Assembly: GCF_048403405.1 (NCBI RefSeq)
Contig: NZ_CP183129.1
DNA: 64,000 bases
Source of the DNA: Escherichia coli
Lineage (GTDB): Bacteria > Pseudomonadota > Gammaproteobacteria > Enterobacterales > Enterobacteriaceae
Direction: 5' to 3' (one strand)
The notes below the pieces were generated by a model. It had not been told where the DNA came from and made no database searches. It saw only the letters and a program-made list of their open reading frames with translations. Shown piece by piece: positions 1 through 14,763 of this stretch. Within the stretch, counting starts at the first letter, position 1. Each line of letters opens with the position of its first letter. A program made the translations under genes and the position numbers.

Positions 1-151
1 TTGAGAACGGACGTTTGTCACGCTCATCCATCACTACCATCAAATACTGACCAGCACGAAAAGAAAAGGCCGCGTCTGGCACGATGCGGACACGATATAC
101 GGTATCCGTGATAGCTTCTACCGAGGTCACTTTACAGCTTAAGGTTGTCAT
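1..151 (-). CDS. fre: NAD(P)H-flavin reductase Fre, N-terminal part only (gene runs off the left edge of the window)
   Basis: Reverse-complement translation from the ATG at 149-151 gives MTTLSCKVTSVEAITDTVYRVRIVPDAAFSFRAGQYLMVVMDERDKRPFS, which I recognise as the Fre N-terminus; it lies immediately downstream of ubiD on the same strand as in E. coli. Confidence 0.8.
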   Translation of the reverse strand, partial: MTTLSCKVTSVEAITDTVYRVRIVPDAAFSFRAGQYLMVVMDERDKRPFS

Positions 152-196
152 GCGCTTTCTCTGTCGGATCGATAAATAGGGCAAAACAAACGCGCA

Positions 197-1690
197 TCAG
201 GCGCTTTTACCGTTGTTAAAAATAGCCAGTTCATCCCAGATGGCGTCAATATGCGCGACAACATCCGGATCTTTTTTGATGGGACGTCCCCATTCACGCT
301 GGGTTTCCCCTGGCCATTTATTCGTGGCATCCAGCCCCATTTTTGAACCCAGCCCGGACACAGGCGAGGCAAAATCCAGATAATCAATAGGCGTATTTTC
401 GACCAACACCGTGTCCCGCGCCGGGTCCATACGGGTGGTAATCGCCCAAATCACATCGTTCCAGTCGCGTGCGTTGACGTCATCATCGCAAACGATCACA
501 AATTTAGTGTACATAAACTGGCGTAAGAACGACCAGACGCCCATCATGACGCGCTTCGCGTGTCCGGCGTACTGTTTTTTGATCGTCACTACCGCCAGGC
601 GATAAGAGCAGCCTTCCGGCGGCAGGTAAAAATCGACAATTTCCGGGAACTGTTTTTGCAGAATCGGCACAAACACTTCGTTCAGTGCGACACCCAGCAC
701 CGCAGGTTCATCCGGCGGACGCCCGGTATAGGTGGAATGATAAATCGCATCTTCACGCTGGGTAATATGCGTCACAGTAAATACCGGGAAACTATCGACT
801 TCGTTATAGTAACCGGTGTGGTCGCCATACGGCCCTTCCGGCGCAGTTTCGCCTTGTTCGATATACCCTTCCAGCACTATCTCCGCACTGGCGGGCACTT
901 CAAGGTCATTGGAGATACACTTCACCACTTCGGTCTTGGTGCCGCGCAGCAATCCGGCAAACGCATACTCTGAAAGCGTATCTGGAACGGGGGTGACTGC
1001 ACCGAGAATCGTGGCGGGATCGGCACCCAGCGCCACAGAAACCGGGAAACGTTCGCCCGGATGCGCCGCACACCACTCCTGGAAATCCAGCGCGCCGCCG
1101 CGATGCGACAACCAGCGCATAATCAGTTTATTTTTACCAATCAACTGTTGACGATAAATACCCAGATTCTGCCGCTCTTTATGCGGGCCACGCGTCACGG
1201 TCAACCCCCAGGTAATCAGCGGCGCGGCGTCTTCCGGCCAGCAGGTCATAATGGGGATACGGTGAAGATCGACGTCATCGCCGGAGATAATTTTTTGCTG
1301 ACACGGCGCACCACGCAGTCGCTTTGTCGGCATGTTCAATACTTGCTTGAACTGCGGCAGTTTATCAAACAGGTCGCGGAAACCTTTTGGCGGCTCCGGC
1401 TCTTTCAGAAACGCCAATAATTTACCAACTTCACGCAGCGCCGAAACATCTTCCTGCCCCATGCCCATCGCCACGCGCTTTGGCGTACCGAACAGGTTGC
1501 ACAGCACCGGCATTGAGTAGCCTTTAGGGTTTTCGAACAACAGCGCAGGCCCACCGGCACGCAAAGTACGGTCAGCAATTTCAGTGATTTCCAGATGCGG
1601 ATCCACCGGGAGCGTGATACGTTTTAGCTCACCCTGCTGTTCAAGCAGCGTCAAGAAGTCGCGTAAATCGTTATATTTCATGGCGTCCAT
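197..1690 (-). CDS. ubiD: 4-hydroxy-3-polyprenylbenzoate decarboxylase UbiD
   Basis: 497-aa ORF of the expected length and sequence for the UbiD family; conserved neighbourhood with fre and rfaH. Confidence 0.93.
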   Translation of the reverse strand: MDAMKYNDLRDFLTLLEQQGELKRITLPVDPHLEITEIADRTLRAGGPALLFENPKGYSMPVLCNLFGTPKRVAMGMGQEDVSALREVGKLLAFLKEPEPPKGFRDLFDKLPQFKQVLNMPTKRLRGAPCQQKIISGDDVDLHRIPIMTCWPEDAAPLITWGLTVTRGPHKERQNLGIYRQQLIGKNKLIMRWLSHRGGALDFQEWCAAHPGERFPVSVALGADPATILGAVTPVPDTLSEYAFAGLLRGTKTEVVKCISNDLEVPASAEIVLEGYIEQGETAPEGPYGDHTGYYNEVDSFPVFTVTHITQREDAIYHSTYTGRPPDEPAVLGVALNEVFVPILQKQFPEIVDFYLPPEGCSYRLAVVTIKKQYAGHAKRVMMGVWSFLRQFMYTKFVIVCDDDVNARDWNDVIWAITTRMDPARDTVLVENTPIDYLDFASPVSGLGSKMGLDATNKWPGETQREWGRPIKKDPDVVAHIDAIWDELAIFNNGKSA

Positions 1691-1811
1691 TGTAGCCTCT
1701 TAATCTGCGCCCATTATACGGCGTTCATCTTTGCGATGCTGTAAATTTGTTAAATTAGCGTGAACTCTGACGGTATAACGCAAACCGGGGAATATAATTA
1801 ACTTAGCGTAA

Positions 1812-3124
<1,313 letters not shown>

Positions 3125-3165
3125 CCTGAACTCCATATGACAACCGCCCTGACGGGCGGTTGAAT

Positions 3166-3942
3166 TTATTCTTCAGTTTTTTCGCTTTCTGCTTCAGCGT
3201 CGTTTTCCTCTTCCCGATTTCGCCCTTTACCAACGTAAAAGCGTGAGAAGAAGACACCGATTTCAAACAGGCAGTACATCGGGATCGCCAACAGCGTTTG
3301 CGAGAAGACATCCGGCGGCGTCAGCAGCATCCCGACAACAAATGCACCAACCAGCACATACGGGCGTTTTTTGCGTAAGTCTTCTGGCGAGGTAATCCCC
3401 ATCCAGCACAGCAGCACTATTGCCACCGGCACTTCAAAGGAGACACCAAACGCCATAAACAGCGCCATAACGAAGCTTAAATAGCTGGCGATGTCGGTGG
3501 ATACCTGTACCCCTTCCGGCGCGGTATTGGCAAGGAAGCCAAATGCCAGCGGAAAGACCACAAAGTAGGCGAACGCCATGCCGATATAAAACAACAGAGA
3601 GCTGGAAACCAGCAGCGGCACCACCAGGCGACGTTCATGCTTATACAGCGCTGGGGCGATAAACGCCCACACCTGATAGAGAATCACCGGCGCTGACAGA
3701 ATCAGCGACACCATAAAGGTCAGCTTGATCGGCGTAAAGAACGGTGAGGCCACGTCGGTGGCGATCATCGTTGAACCTTGCGGCAACTGCTTGATCAATG
3801 GCGCGGATACCAGGTGATAGATGTCATTGGCGAAATAGACCAGACACAGGAATATCACGATCACCGCGATAATGCAGTTCAGCAGACGCTTACGCAGCTC
3901 AATCAGATGCGTGATAAGCGGTTGAGTATCTTCTACAGACAT
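3166..3942 (-). CDS. tatC: Twin-arginine translocase subunit TatC
   Basis: 258-aa polytopic membrane protein starting [20 protein letters not shown]; position in the tatABCD operon. Confidence 0.95.
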
Positions 3943-3944
3943 GT

Positions 3945-4460
3945 TTACGGTTTATCACTCGACGAAGGGGAAGGTGCAGCGGTTTTCGGTTCAGCGTCCG
4001 CAGCAGGTTTTACCACCGGCTCTGGCGTGGTTTCTGGCTTCTGTTCCGGCGAACTGGCCTGCGTTTGTGCAGCAGCAGGCGTTACGCCTTCATGCGCAGC
4101 TTCATTGTCTTTCACCACCGGGTTGTGGATGGTGTGCGCTTCATCACTCGCCTTTTCAGGATCGTTTGCAACGTAGGAACGCTTCATCGACTCCGCGGCC
4201 TGGCGTAGTTCATCCATCGACGCTTTCAGTTCGGGCGTCAGGTTAGTGAGGCTCGCCTTTTCAACCTTTTTCAGACTGTCCTGAAACTCCTGGAGTTTTA
4301 ACTCCTGGGTCAGTTCGTTCTGCACCGTTGTCGCCAGTGAACGCAACGCGCGAATCCAGCCCGCGACCGTTTTTACCGCCACAGGCAGTCGTTGCGGCCC
4401 CAGAACGACGAGGCCGATGATGAATACCAATAGCAGTTCGCTAAAACCGATATCAAACAC
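3945..4460 (-). CDS. tatB: Twin-arginine translocase subunit TatB
   Basis: 171-aa ORF starting [26 protein letters not shown], with the TatA/B-type N-terminal TM helix and amphipathic helix. Confidence 0.95.
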
Positions 4461-4463
4461 GGA

Positions 4464-4733
4464 TTACACCTGCTCTTTATCGTGGCGCTTCGCGTCTTCT
4501 GTTTTAGCCTGTTCCTGATTCGTATCCGCCTGCTTATCGGCGATAGTTTTCGCAGTAAAATCAGCATCCTGACTGGTTTTATCCTGCTTTGGTTCATCAT
4601 CGCTCATTGCTTTTTTAAAGCCTTTGATCGACGCACCAAGATCGGAACCGATGGAGCCGAGCTTTTTGGTGCCAAAAAGCAGTACAACGATGACGGCAAT
4701 AATCAATAACTGCCAAATACTGATACCACCCAT
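4464..4733 (-). CDS. tatA: Twin-arginine translocase subunit TatA
   Basis: The ORF is open back to 4775, but the canonical 89-aa TatA starts at the internal Met ([33 protein letters not shown]). Confidence 0.9.
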   Translation of the reverse strand: MGGISIWQLLIIAVIVVLLFGTKKLGSIGSDLGASIKGFKKAMSDDEPKQDKTSQDADFTAKTIADKQADTNQEQAKTEDAKRHDKEQV

Positions 4734-4811
4734 ACATGTTCCTCTGTGGTAGATGATGATTAAACAAGGCCGCATTATACGTTACACGGCCCGCCTTGAG
4801 CGATGAAAAAA

Positions 4812-7054
<2,243 letters not shown>

Positions 7055-7067
7055 TTCCGGTCTCCTG

Positions 7068-7823
7068 TCAGAACTTATAACCACGATGCAGCGCCACAAC
7101 CCCTGCCGTCAGATTGTAGTAGTCGACACTTTCGAATCCGGCATCTTGCATCATGGCTTTCAGGGTATCCTGATCGGGATGCATACGGATGGATTCTGCC
7201 AGATAACGGTAGCTGTCGGCGTCGTTCGCGACCAATGAGCCAATACGCGGCAGCACATGGAAGGAGTATGCATCATAGGCTTTGCTCAGCGGCTCGATAA
7301 TTGGCTTCGAGAACTCAAGCACCAGCAGGCGGCCGCCGGGTTTCAGCACGCGATACATTGAACGCAGTGCTTTATCTTTGTCGGTGACGTTACGCAGACC
7401 AAACGAAATGGTGATGCAATCAAAGGTGTTATCCGGGAACGGCAGCGCCTCAGCGTTCGCCTGAACATACTCAACGTTGCCAATCACACCGATATTACGC
7501 AGCTTCTCGCGTCCCATTTTGAGCATGGATTCATTGATATCAGCAAGGACCACTTTGCCAGTTTCTCCGACCAGGCGGGAGAATTTCGCTGTCAGGTCGC
7601 CGGTGCCACCAGCCAGATCCAGCACGGTCTGCCCGCGGCGTACGCCGCTGCAATCAATCGTGAATCGCTTCCACAAACGATGAATACCAAATGACATCAA
7701 ATCATTCATGACATCGTATTTTGATGCCACGGAATGGAAAACGTGGGCGACCATATCCGCTTTTTGTTCCTTCGCGACGGTCTGAAAACCAAAGTGCGTC
7801 GTTTCTTGTGACTTATCCACCAT
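7068..7823 (-). CDS. ubiE: Ubiquinone/menaquinone C-methyltransferase UbiE
   Basis: 251-aa SAM-dependent methyltransferase ([10 protein letters not shown] motif), first gene of the ubiE-ubiJ-ubiB cluster. Confidence 0.95.
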
Positions 7824-7917
7824 CTCAATGCCTGCTCATCAAAAAATTGTTCCAGAAGTGTAACAGATTGGGCGTCGATGCCCTAGATTTCTACCCGGCT
7901 TAACTACCCCCAATGGG

Positions 7918-9345
7918 CTAGCGCGACTGCTGATTATATTCATCATCGCGTTGATAAGCTTCATCATTCGGCTGCTCCGGAACCGACCGCAGTCGATACT
8001 CTTCATCCTGGCTCACCGCCTGTTCAGCCAAATCCGGATTAATCTCGCGTTTAATTTCTACCCCTAAACCGCGAAACGCTTCTGCCTGCGCCAGCACATT
8101 TCCGCGACCTGAAGAGAGTTTTTTCATTGCCTGGCGGTAGTTATCCTGCGCTTTGTCGAGACTTTGACCAATCGCGGACATGTCATCGATGAACAAACGC
8201 ATCTTGTCGTACAGCTTGCTGGCACGATCGGCGATTTGCTGGGCGTTGCGGCTTTGATGCTCATAACGCCACAGGTTGGCGATAGTGCGCAGCGCCACCA
8301 GCAGCGTAGTCGGGCTAACCAGCATGATATTGTTTTTCAACGCTTCGGTGATCAGCTCCGGCTGGCGGTCAAGCGCCAGTAAAAAAGCGGGTTCAACGGG
8401 AATAAACATCAGCACGTAATCCAGGGTTCGCAGCCCCGGCAGCTGTTGATAATCTTTGCGTCCCAGCAAACGGATATGGTTACGCACCGACGCGATATGT
8501 TCCTGTAGCGCGCTTTCGCGGGTGTAGTCATCTTCGGCGTTGAAATAGCGTTCATAGGCGACCAGCGTCATTTTGGCGTCGATCACCACATCTTTTCCCT
8601 GCGGCAACCGCACGATGACATCCGGCTGCATCCGCGAGCGGGCGTCATTTTCGATGCTGACCTGGGTTTCATATTCATACCCTTCACGCAGACCGGAAGC
8701 CTCCAGCACCCGCGTCAATACTACCTCGCCCCAGTTGCCCTGGGTTTTATTGTCGCCTTTCAGCGCGCGCGTCAGGTTGATCGCTTCCTGGGCCATTTGC
8801 GCGTTGAGCTGCTGGAGATTGCGAATTTCGTGGGTCAGGGTATGGCGTTCTTGTGCTTCTTTACCAAAGCTGTCCTGAACCTGACGGCGGAAACCGTCCA
8901 GTTGTTCACGTAGCGGCGACAACAGGCTGTTCAGACTCTGACGGTTTTGCTCATCAACCCGGCGATTGCTGTGCTCAAAAATACGGTTGGCGAGGTTTTC
9001 AAACTGCTCACTGAGGCGCTGCTCGCTGTTAATCATCTGGCGAATTTTATCGTCAGCATGTTGCTGTGCGGCTTCCATCCGCGTGGTTACTTCACGCAGA
9101 TCGGCCTCCAGAGAGGTGTTAATACTTTGCAGGCTGCGCACTTCGTTATTGAGTAACTCGCACTCAGCGCGCCAGTGCTCGCTTTGGGTAATTTGTTGTT
9201 TTGCCGCGCTTAACTCCGCGACCATCTCTTCACGTTCAGCTAATTGCTCGGCTTTTTGCTGCGCATGTTGATAACTGGCAAACAGCCAGCCAATTGCCAC
9301 ACCCACCAACGCAATAACTGCGTAAACCATGATTGAGAAATCCAC
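7918..9345 (-). CDS. rmuC: DNA recombination protein RmuC
   Basis: 475-aa ORF with N-terminal TM helix and long coiled-coil region; located between udp and ubiE. Confidence 0.9.
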   Translation of the reverse strand: MDFSIMVYAVIALVGVAIGWLFASYQHAQQKAEQLAEREEMVAELSAAKQQITQSEHWRAECELLNNEVRSLQSINTSLEADLREVTTRMEAAQQHADDKIRQMINSEQRLSEQFENLANRIFEHSNRRVDEQNRQSLNSLLSPLREQLDGFRRQVQDSFGKEAQERHTLTHEIRNLQQLNAQMAQEAINLTRALKGDNKTQGNWGEVVLTRVLEASGLREGYEYETQVSIENDARSRMQPDVIVRLPQGKDVVIDAKMTLVAYERYFNAEDDYTRESALQEHIASVRNHIRLLGRKDYQQLPGLRTLDYVLMFIPVEPAFLLALDRQPELITEALKNNIMLVSPTTLLVALRTIANLWRYEHQSRNAQQIADRASKLYDKMRLFIDDMSAIGQSLDKAQDNYRQAMKKLSSGRGNVLAQAEAFRGLGVEIKREINPDLAEQAVSQDEEYRLRSVPEQPNDEAYQRDDEYNQQSR

Positions 9346-9436
9346 AACGCCTCCTGACGCAACAACTTACCCGCACAAAATAGAATTGTGCTGTACAAAC
9401 GTCCAGTTGGAAAGGCATTTCCTGCGAGGCGCTACG

Positions 9437-9469
9437 CAAAAATACAAAAGGCCGAACGCGTCGGCCTTC
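9437..9469 (-). terminator. Rho-independent terminator downstream of udp
   Basis: On the minus strand: GGCCGACGCGTTCGGCC hairpin followed by TTTTGTATTTTT, about 20 nt after the udp stop. Confidence 0.6.
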
Positions 9470-9485
9470 AGACAGGAGAAGAGGA

Positions 9486-10247
9486 TTACAGCAGACGACG
9501 CGCCGCTTCCACCACGATTTTCACCGCTTGGCTTTCAGTTTGTTTCATCGTCTCAGCATTCGGGATCTCTTGCTGGGTGCGGTTAACGATAACACCCGCT
9601 ACCATACCGGCACGTAGGCCCTGACTTGCACACATGGTCAGCAGGGTTGCAGATTCCATTTCATAGTTCATTACGCCCATCGCCTGCCACTCTTCCATAG
9701 AACCTTTAAAGTGACGAACTACGCGACCAGAGTAAGTATCGTAACGTTCCTGACCTGGGTAGAAGGTATCAGAAGAAGCCGTCACGCCAACGTGAGTCGT
9801 CGCGCCGATGGATTTCGCAGCCTCAACCAGCGCAGTCGTACATTCGAAATCAGCGACAGCCGGGAATTCCAGCGGTGCGAAGTGCAGGCTCGCGCCATCC
9901 AGACGAACAGACGCCGTGGTAACCAGGACATCACCCACATTAATATGCGGCTGAATAGCGCCCGTTGTACCGATACGCAGGAAGGTGCGAATGCCCAGCT
10001 GTGCCAGCTCTTCAACAGCAATAGAGGTAGACGGGCCGCCGATACCGGTAGAGCAGACGATAACAGGTTTACCATCCAGCTCTGCACGCCAGGTGGTGAA
10101 TTCGCGGTGAGATGCCAGCTTAACCGGCTTATCCATCAGCGCGGCGATCTTTTCCACACGATCCGGGTCGCCAGGGACGATGGCAAGCGTAGCCCCTTGT
10201 AAATCGTTTTTAGTGAGGCCGAGATGAAAAACATCAGACTTGGACAT
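9486..10247 (-). CDS. udp: Uridine phosphorylase
   Basis: ORF open to 10253; canonical 253-aa Udp begins [19 protein letters not shown]. Confidence 0.95.
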   Translation of the reverse strand: MSKSDVFHLGLTKNDLQGATLAIVPGDPDRVEKIAALMDKPVKLASHREFTTWRAELDGKPVIVCSTGIGGPSTSIAVEELAQLGIRTFLRIGTTGAIQPHINVGDVLVTTASVRLDGASLHFAPLEFPAVADFECTTALVEAAKSIGATTHVGVTASSDTFYPGQERYDTYSGRVVRHFKGSMEEWQAMGVMNYEMESATLLTMCASQGLRAGMVAGVIVNRTQQEIPNAETMKQTESQAVKIVVEAARRLL

Positions 10248-10508
10248 ATACAACTCCTCTGTGAATCGGTTTAGTCAGAAGAAGCAAAAAGACACTTTAC
10301 CGAAGGGTTTAACATTTTTTCGTGATACTCATCACCATGACGCAAATGCGTTGCATAAATTTACCCACCAAAAGTGATGCAAATCACATAAATCACTCTT
10401 CATTCTGCAGGACTGCATAAAAGATGAGCCGATTCAGGCAATGTGATTTGTTGCATGCTGACTATAGTTAACATTGCGCAACATTTTTATAAGGGTACGG
10501 AGAATACC

Positions 10509-11318
10509 ATGGCAACAACACAACAATCTGGATTTGCACCTGCTGCATCGCCTCTAGCTTCGACCATCGTTCAGACCCTGGACGACGCGATTGTGGCGGG
10601 CTTCACCTCTATCCCTTCACAAGGGGATAACATGCCTGCTTACCATGCCAGACCAAAGCAAAGCGATGGCCCACTGCCAGTGGTCATTGTAGTGCAGGAA
10701 ATTTTTGGCGTGCATGAACATATTCGCGACATTTGTCGCCGTCTGGCGCTGGAGGGGTATCTGGCTATCGCACCTGAACTTTACTTCCGCGAAGGCGATC
10801 CGAATGATTTTGCCGATATCCCCACGTTGCTTAGCGGTCTGGTAGCAAAAGTGCCTGACTCGCAGGTGCTGGCCGATCTCGATCATGTCGCCAGTTGGGC
10901 TTCCCGCAACGGCGGCGATGTTCATCGTTTAATGATCACCGGATTCTGCTGGGGTGGACGTATCACCTGGCTGTATGCCGCGCATAATCCACAGCTAAAA
11001 GCCGCAGTGGCGTGGTACGGCAAACTGACGGGCGATAAGTCGCTGAATTCACCGAAACAACCTGTTGATATCGCAACCGATCTTAACGCGCCGGTTCTCG
11101 GCTTATATGGCGGCCAGGATAACAGCATTTCGCAAGAGAGCGTGGAAACGATGCGCCAGGCGCTGCGGGCAGCAAACGCGAAAGCAGAAATTATCGTGTA
11201 CCCGGATGCAGGGCATGCGTTCAACGCCGATTATCGTCCGAGCTATCATGCCGAGTCTGCGAAAGACGGCTGGCAGCGAATGTTGGAATGGTTTACACAG
11301 TATGGTGTTAAAAAGTAA
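10509..11318 (+). CDS. ysgA: Dienelactone hydrolase family protein (YsgA-like)
   Basis: ORF open from 10443; start placed at MATTQQSGFAPAAS, which is preceded by a GGAGA SD. Alpha/beta-hydrolase features (GFCWGG nucleophile elbow). Confidence 0.85.
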   Translation: MATTQQSGFAPAASPLASTIVQTLDDAIVAGFTSIPSQGDNMPAYHARPKQSDGPLPVVIVVQEIFGVHEHIRDICRRLALEGYLAIAPELYFREGDPNDFADIPTLLSGLVAKVPDSQVLADLDHVASWASRNGGDVHRLMITGFCWGGRITWLYAAHNPQLKAAVAWYGKLTGDKSLNSPKQPVDIATDLNAPVLGLYGGQDNSISQESVETMRQALRAANAKAEIIVYPDAGHAFNADYRPSYHAESAKDGWQRMLEWFTQYGVKK

Positions 11319-11574
11319 CGCCATAGTCGCTAAATCTGATGATTAAGCTCACACAATTTCAACGATTTTTTTAATCTCAAAACCATACAGCATCAAAAAA
11401 TTTGTTGCTGTATGCCACTCTTTGACTCCCTTCACATTCGTCATCACACCACCTGCTGAATGCAAAAATTTCGTTGCTGTGCGGCAAACTTTTTTCCTGT
11501 TTTGTGCCGCTTTTCTCCTGAATACTCGTTCTCAGAACAACTGGATCGTTTAAACATCAGACAGGAGATTTACC

Positions 11575-12243
11575 ATGACGCAATCCATTTTTCAGGCTCA
11601 ACCCTTTGAATTACCTTTTGATCCGCGCACAACTGCACTGGTCATGATCGACATGCAGCGTGACTTTGTCGAAGCAGGGGGCTTCGGTGAGGCACTGGGC
11701 AATGATGTTTCACTGGTACGCACGGCTATCGCACCATGTACAGAGGTGCTGGCAGCCGCACGTCAAAAAGGAATTATGGTTATTCATACTCGTGAAGGCC
11801 ATCGTGCAGACTTAAGCGACTGCCCGCCAGCCAAACTGACGCGCGGCGGAAAAACCTTTATTGGTGAACCAGGACCGATGGGACGCATTCTGGTCAGAGG
11901 TGAAGCAGGTCATGACATCATTCCTGAACTGTACCCGGTGGCAGGCGAACCGGTGATTGATAAGCCTGGCAAAGGCGCGTTTTATCAAACCGACTTACAT
12001 CTGATTTTGCAAAACCACGGTATCAAGACGCTGATAGTTTGTGGTGTAACAACCGAAGTTTGCGTAACCACCACCGTGCGCGAAGCAAATGATCGTGGCT
12101 ATGAATGCATTATCCCGGAAGATTGTGTCGGCTCCTATTTCCCGGAATTCCAGAAATACGCCCTCGAGATGATCAAAGCACAAGGTGCCATTTTCGGTTG
12201 GGTTACTGATTCCAAAGCCATTATTGCAGGTCTGGAAGGCTAA
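11575..12243 (+). CDS. Isochorismatase-family cysteine hydrolase (RutB / N-carbamoylsarcosine amidase / biuret hydrolase-like amidase)
   Basis: 222-aa ORF with the isochorismatase-fold signature: Asp in VMIDMQRDF near the N-terminus and catalytic Cys in CGVTTEVCV. AGGAGA SD upstream. First gene of accessory operon A. Confidence 0.8.
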   Translation: MTQSIFQAQPFELPFDPRTTALVMIDMQRDFVEAGGFGEALGNDVSLVRTAIAPCTEVLAAARQKGIMVIHTREGHRADLSDCPPAKLTRGGKTFIGEPGPMGRILVRGEAGHDIIPELYPVAGEPVIDKPGKGAFYQTDLHLILQNHGIKTLIVCGVTTEVCVTTTVREANDRGYECIIPEDCVGSYFPEFQKYALEMIKAQGAIFGWVTDSKAIIAGLEG

Positions 12244-12248
12244 CGCCG

Positions 12249-13109
12249 ATGGCACAGATTACGCTTTGCGCATCGTCGTTGGGATATCTTTTCCCGCAGA
12301 ATGAAACGCAAGATTTACGTCTGCATAGCGCTTTTAAACATGCGGTAAATCTGTATTCAGAAGCGGGAACATTCATCACTCTGTTGTGTGCGCAAACGTA
12401 TCTGAATCTCCCTGATGCTGCCAGAGTCTGGCTACCTGAATGTTGGGACTGGCGAAGAGAGATTGCCCATTCCGATCCCGTTCAGTTAACCCCAGGCTTA
12501 CTGCAGACACCTCGCTTTTGTGTGGCTCTCGATAACGCAACGCTCTGGCAGCCGTCATTTGTGGGAGGAAGGCTGACACTTGAGGCGTTCCCTTTGGTTT
12601 TCCAGCACTACCCAACGATGGCATCGCAACGGCTTTTATTTTGTCTGGAGCATAACGTTCAAAGCACATTGCACCTGCCGGATAGTCTCACGCACCAGGG
12701 ATTAGCGATTATGGAACATCCAGATGCGCTGGAACGCCAGGTGCCACAACTGATCGGCTTTGGTAAAGGCTTAACGCCCGATGGAGATGACTATTTGTTG
12801 GGCTATCTGGCAGCACTCTGGTTATGGCAACTCCCTGCACCACTTGCCGATCATCAATACCGGTTGCAGCAGGCAATTGATCAACATGCGCACAACACCA
12901 CGGATATCAGTCGTCATTATCTGGAGCGTGCGCTTCAGGGACATTTTTCAGAACCGATTTGCCAGTTACTCGCACAACTGGTTGGGAGCGCATCGGCAAT
13001 GACAATCGCATCCTGTGCAGAACAGGTCATGCAATTTGGCGCAACGTCAGGAGTAGATTGCCTTGCAGGAATGCTGCATGGCTTTCGAACCCTGAACACC
13101 ATGAATTGA
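12249..13109 (+). CDS. DUF2877-family protein (YlbF/YahE/AllH-like subunit of an oxamate-carbamoyltransferase-type complex)
   Basis: 286-aa ORF starting 6 nt after the previous stop; Gly-rich motifs GKGLTPDGDDYLLGY and GATSGVD resemble the DUF2877 family as I recall it. Position matches the yahE-yahF-yahG-yahI order. Confidence 0.65.
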   Translation: MAQITLCASSLGYLFPQNETQDLRLHSAFKHAVNLYSEAGTFITLLCAQTYLNLPDAARVWLPECWDWRREIAHSDPVQLTPGLLQTPRFCVALDNATLWQPSFVGGRLTLEAFPLVFQHYPTMASQRLLFCLEHNVQSTLHLPDSLTHQGLAIMEHPDALERQVPQLIGFGKGLTPDGDDYLLGYLAALWLWQLPAPLADHQYRLQQAIDQHAHNTTDISRHYLERALQGHFSEPICQLLAQLVGSASAMTIASCAEQVMQFGATSGVDCLAGMLHGFRTLNTMN

Positions 13110-13203
13110 TTTCAACCTTTTCTCCTGTAGCTCATTTATGGCGCTACACGGGGATGCTTTGCCCGAATTTTACTATCGGGCGGAATGAAACAGGCGTAAC
13201 AGC

Positions 13204-14763
13204 ATGAAAGTTAAATATAAAGTTTTCAGTAATCTTTATCAGGACTCAGTTTCTCTGATGCAGATTTCCGCGCAAATCAGCAAGTTGCCCGGTATTCAAC
13301 AGGCCTCGGTCGTCATGGGAACACCCAATAATCTCGAACAATTGCGCGATGCGGGTCTGGGTAACGAAATCAACGCCAGTCCCAATGATTTAGTGATTGC
13401 AGTCATGGGTGAAGAAGATATTTGCAATGAAGCACTGGCACTGGCCCAGCAACGTCTGACCAGCAAACCCGATGATGAAACGGATAGTGGCATTAAAACA
13501 CCGGAAAATGTCAGCCTGGACATGGCACTGGAAGCCGAACCCGAAGCCAACCTGGCACTCATTTCTGTACCGGGAGACTACGCCGCCGCCGAAGCAATTA
13601 AAGCGTTAAACCTCGGAATGAACGTGATGATGTTCAGCGATAACGTCAGTATCGCGCAGGAAAAATCCATCAAAATACTTGCCCGAGAACGTCAGCGCAT
13701 CGTAATGGGACCTGACTGTGGAACCGCCATTGTTAACGGCATTCCGTTAGGCTTCGCTAATGTGGTGAAACGCGGAGCAATTGGTGTTATTGGCGCGTCA
13801 GGCACCGGGCTACAGGAAGTGACTTGCCGAATCGACCAGCTCGGAGCGGGTATTTCTCAGGCGCTGGGAACAGGCGGGCATGATCTCAGTGAAGAGATTG
13901 GTGGAATATCGATGCTCTTCGCTTTAGATGCGCTGGCGCAAGACGATGAAACTCGCGTAATTGTGCTGATTTCAAAACCGCCTTCACCGATCGTTGCCCG
14001 GACTATTCTGGAGCGTGCCGAGGCTTGTGGAAAACCCGTGGTGGTGAATTTCCTCGGTGCGAATCCGCATGATCTGGCACGTCCCAATATCACTGCCGCC
14101 ACCACACTTGCCAGCGCCGCCGACATCGCTGTGGCGTTACTGAATGCTCAGCCACTTCCGGCTGTCGAGACCGAGATTTCCTGCGCCGATCTCACAATGT
14201 TACAAAACGCCTGTCAGCGCCTGCCAGCCCATCGCCAGGCGATACGCGGTGTTTTCGCCGGAGGAACCTTCTGCTACGAAGCGCAACTTATCTGCCAGCA
14301 AAAGGGATTCCGCGCCGCCTCCAATACGCCAGTTGCGAGTAATCGTACTCTGGCAAATATCTGGCAAAGCGAAGATCACACGCTGATCGATATGGGCGAC
14401 GATGATTTCACCCGTGGCAAACCGCATCCAATGATCGACCCGACTCTGCGCAATCAACGTCTGCTCAACGAACTCAACGACTCACACACTGCCGTCGTGT
14501 TATTCGACCTGGTACTTGGTTATGGCGCTTCCGCTACACCTGCCAGCGAATTACTGGACCAACTTTCACACATCGACATGAATAACGCACCGTTGCTGAT
14601 TGCGCACGTTTGCGGAACGGAAGCTGATCCGCAAATACGCAGTCAGCAGATAAGCGCACTACAAAATGCGGGCATCATCATTGCCAGCAGCAATGCACAG
14701 GCGGCGCTATGGGCCAGCGTCGTTGCGCAGACTCAGTTGCAGAAAAAGGGGCTAAACGCATGA
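13204..14763 (+). CDS. FdrA-like protein (CoA-binding / succinyl-CoA-synthetase-like fold; AllF/YahF family)
   Basis: 519-aa ORF sharing long motifs with E. coli FdrA as I recall it (NLALISVPGDYAA, MMFSDNVS, MGPDCGTAIVNGIPLGFANVV, GVIGASGTGLQEV, GRPHPMIDPTLRNQ). Confidence 0.8.
   Translation: MKVKYKVFSNLYQDSVSLMQISAQISKLPGIQQASVVMGTPNNLEQLRDAGLGNEINASPNDLVIAVMGEEDICNEALALAQQRLTSKPDDETDSGIKTPENVSLDMALEAEPEANLALISVPGDYAAAEAIKALNLGMNVMMFSDNVSIAQEKSIKILARERQRIVMGPDCGTAIVNGIPLGFANVVKRGAIGVIGASGTGLQEVTCRIDQLGAGISQALGTGGHDLSEEIGGISMLFALDALAQDDETRVIVLISKPPSPIVARTILERAEACGKPVVVNFLGANPHDLARPNITAATTLASAADIAVALLNAQPLPAVETEISCADLTMLQNACQRLPAHRQAIRGVFAGGTFCYEAQLICQQKGFRAASNTPVASNRTLANIWQSEDHTLIDMGDDDFTRGKPHPMIDPTLRNQRLLNELNDSHTAVVLFDLVLGYGASATPASELLDQLSHIDMNNAPLLIAHVCGTEADPQIRSQQISALQNAGIIIASSNAQAALWASVVAQTQLQKKGLNA

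Noticed and set aside
148-387. 79-aa ORF on the minus strand spanning the fre/ubiD junction
   Set aside because: It overlaps the 3' end of ubiD in another frame and the true fre start; no SD, and the product has no recognisable features. The fre N-terminus (1-151) explains the region.
14709-14759. N-terminal extensions of the DUF1116 ORF (from 14709) and the carbamate kinase ORF (from 16090)
   Set aside because: The extensions overlap the upstream genes by 55 and 95 bp. Internal ATGs at 14760 and 16177 give canonical N-termini (MVKPLAVVAVGGNALI for carbamate kinase) with SD sequences and stop/start overlap.
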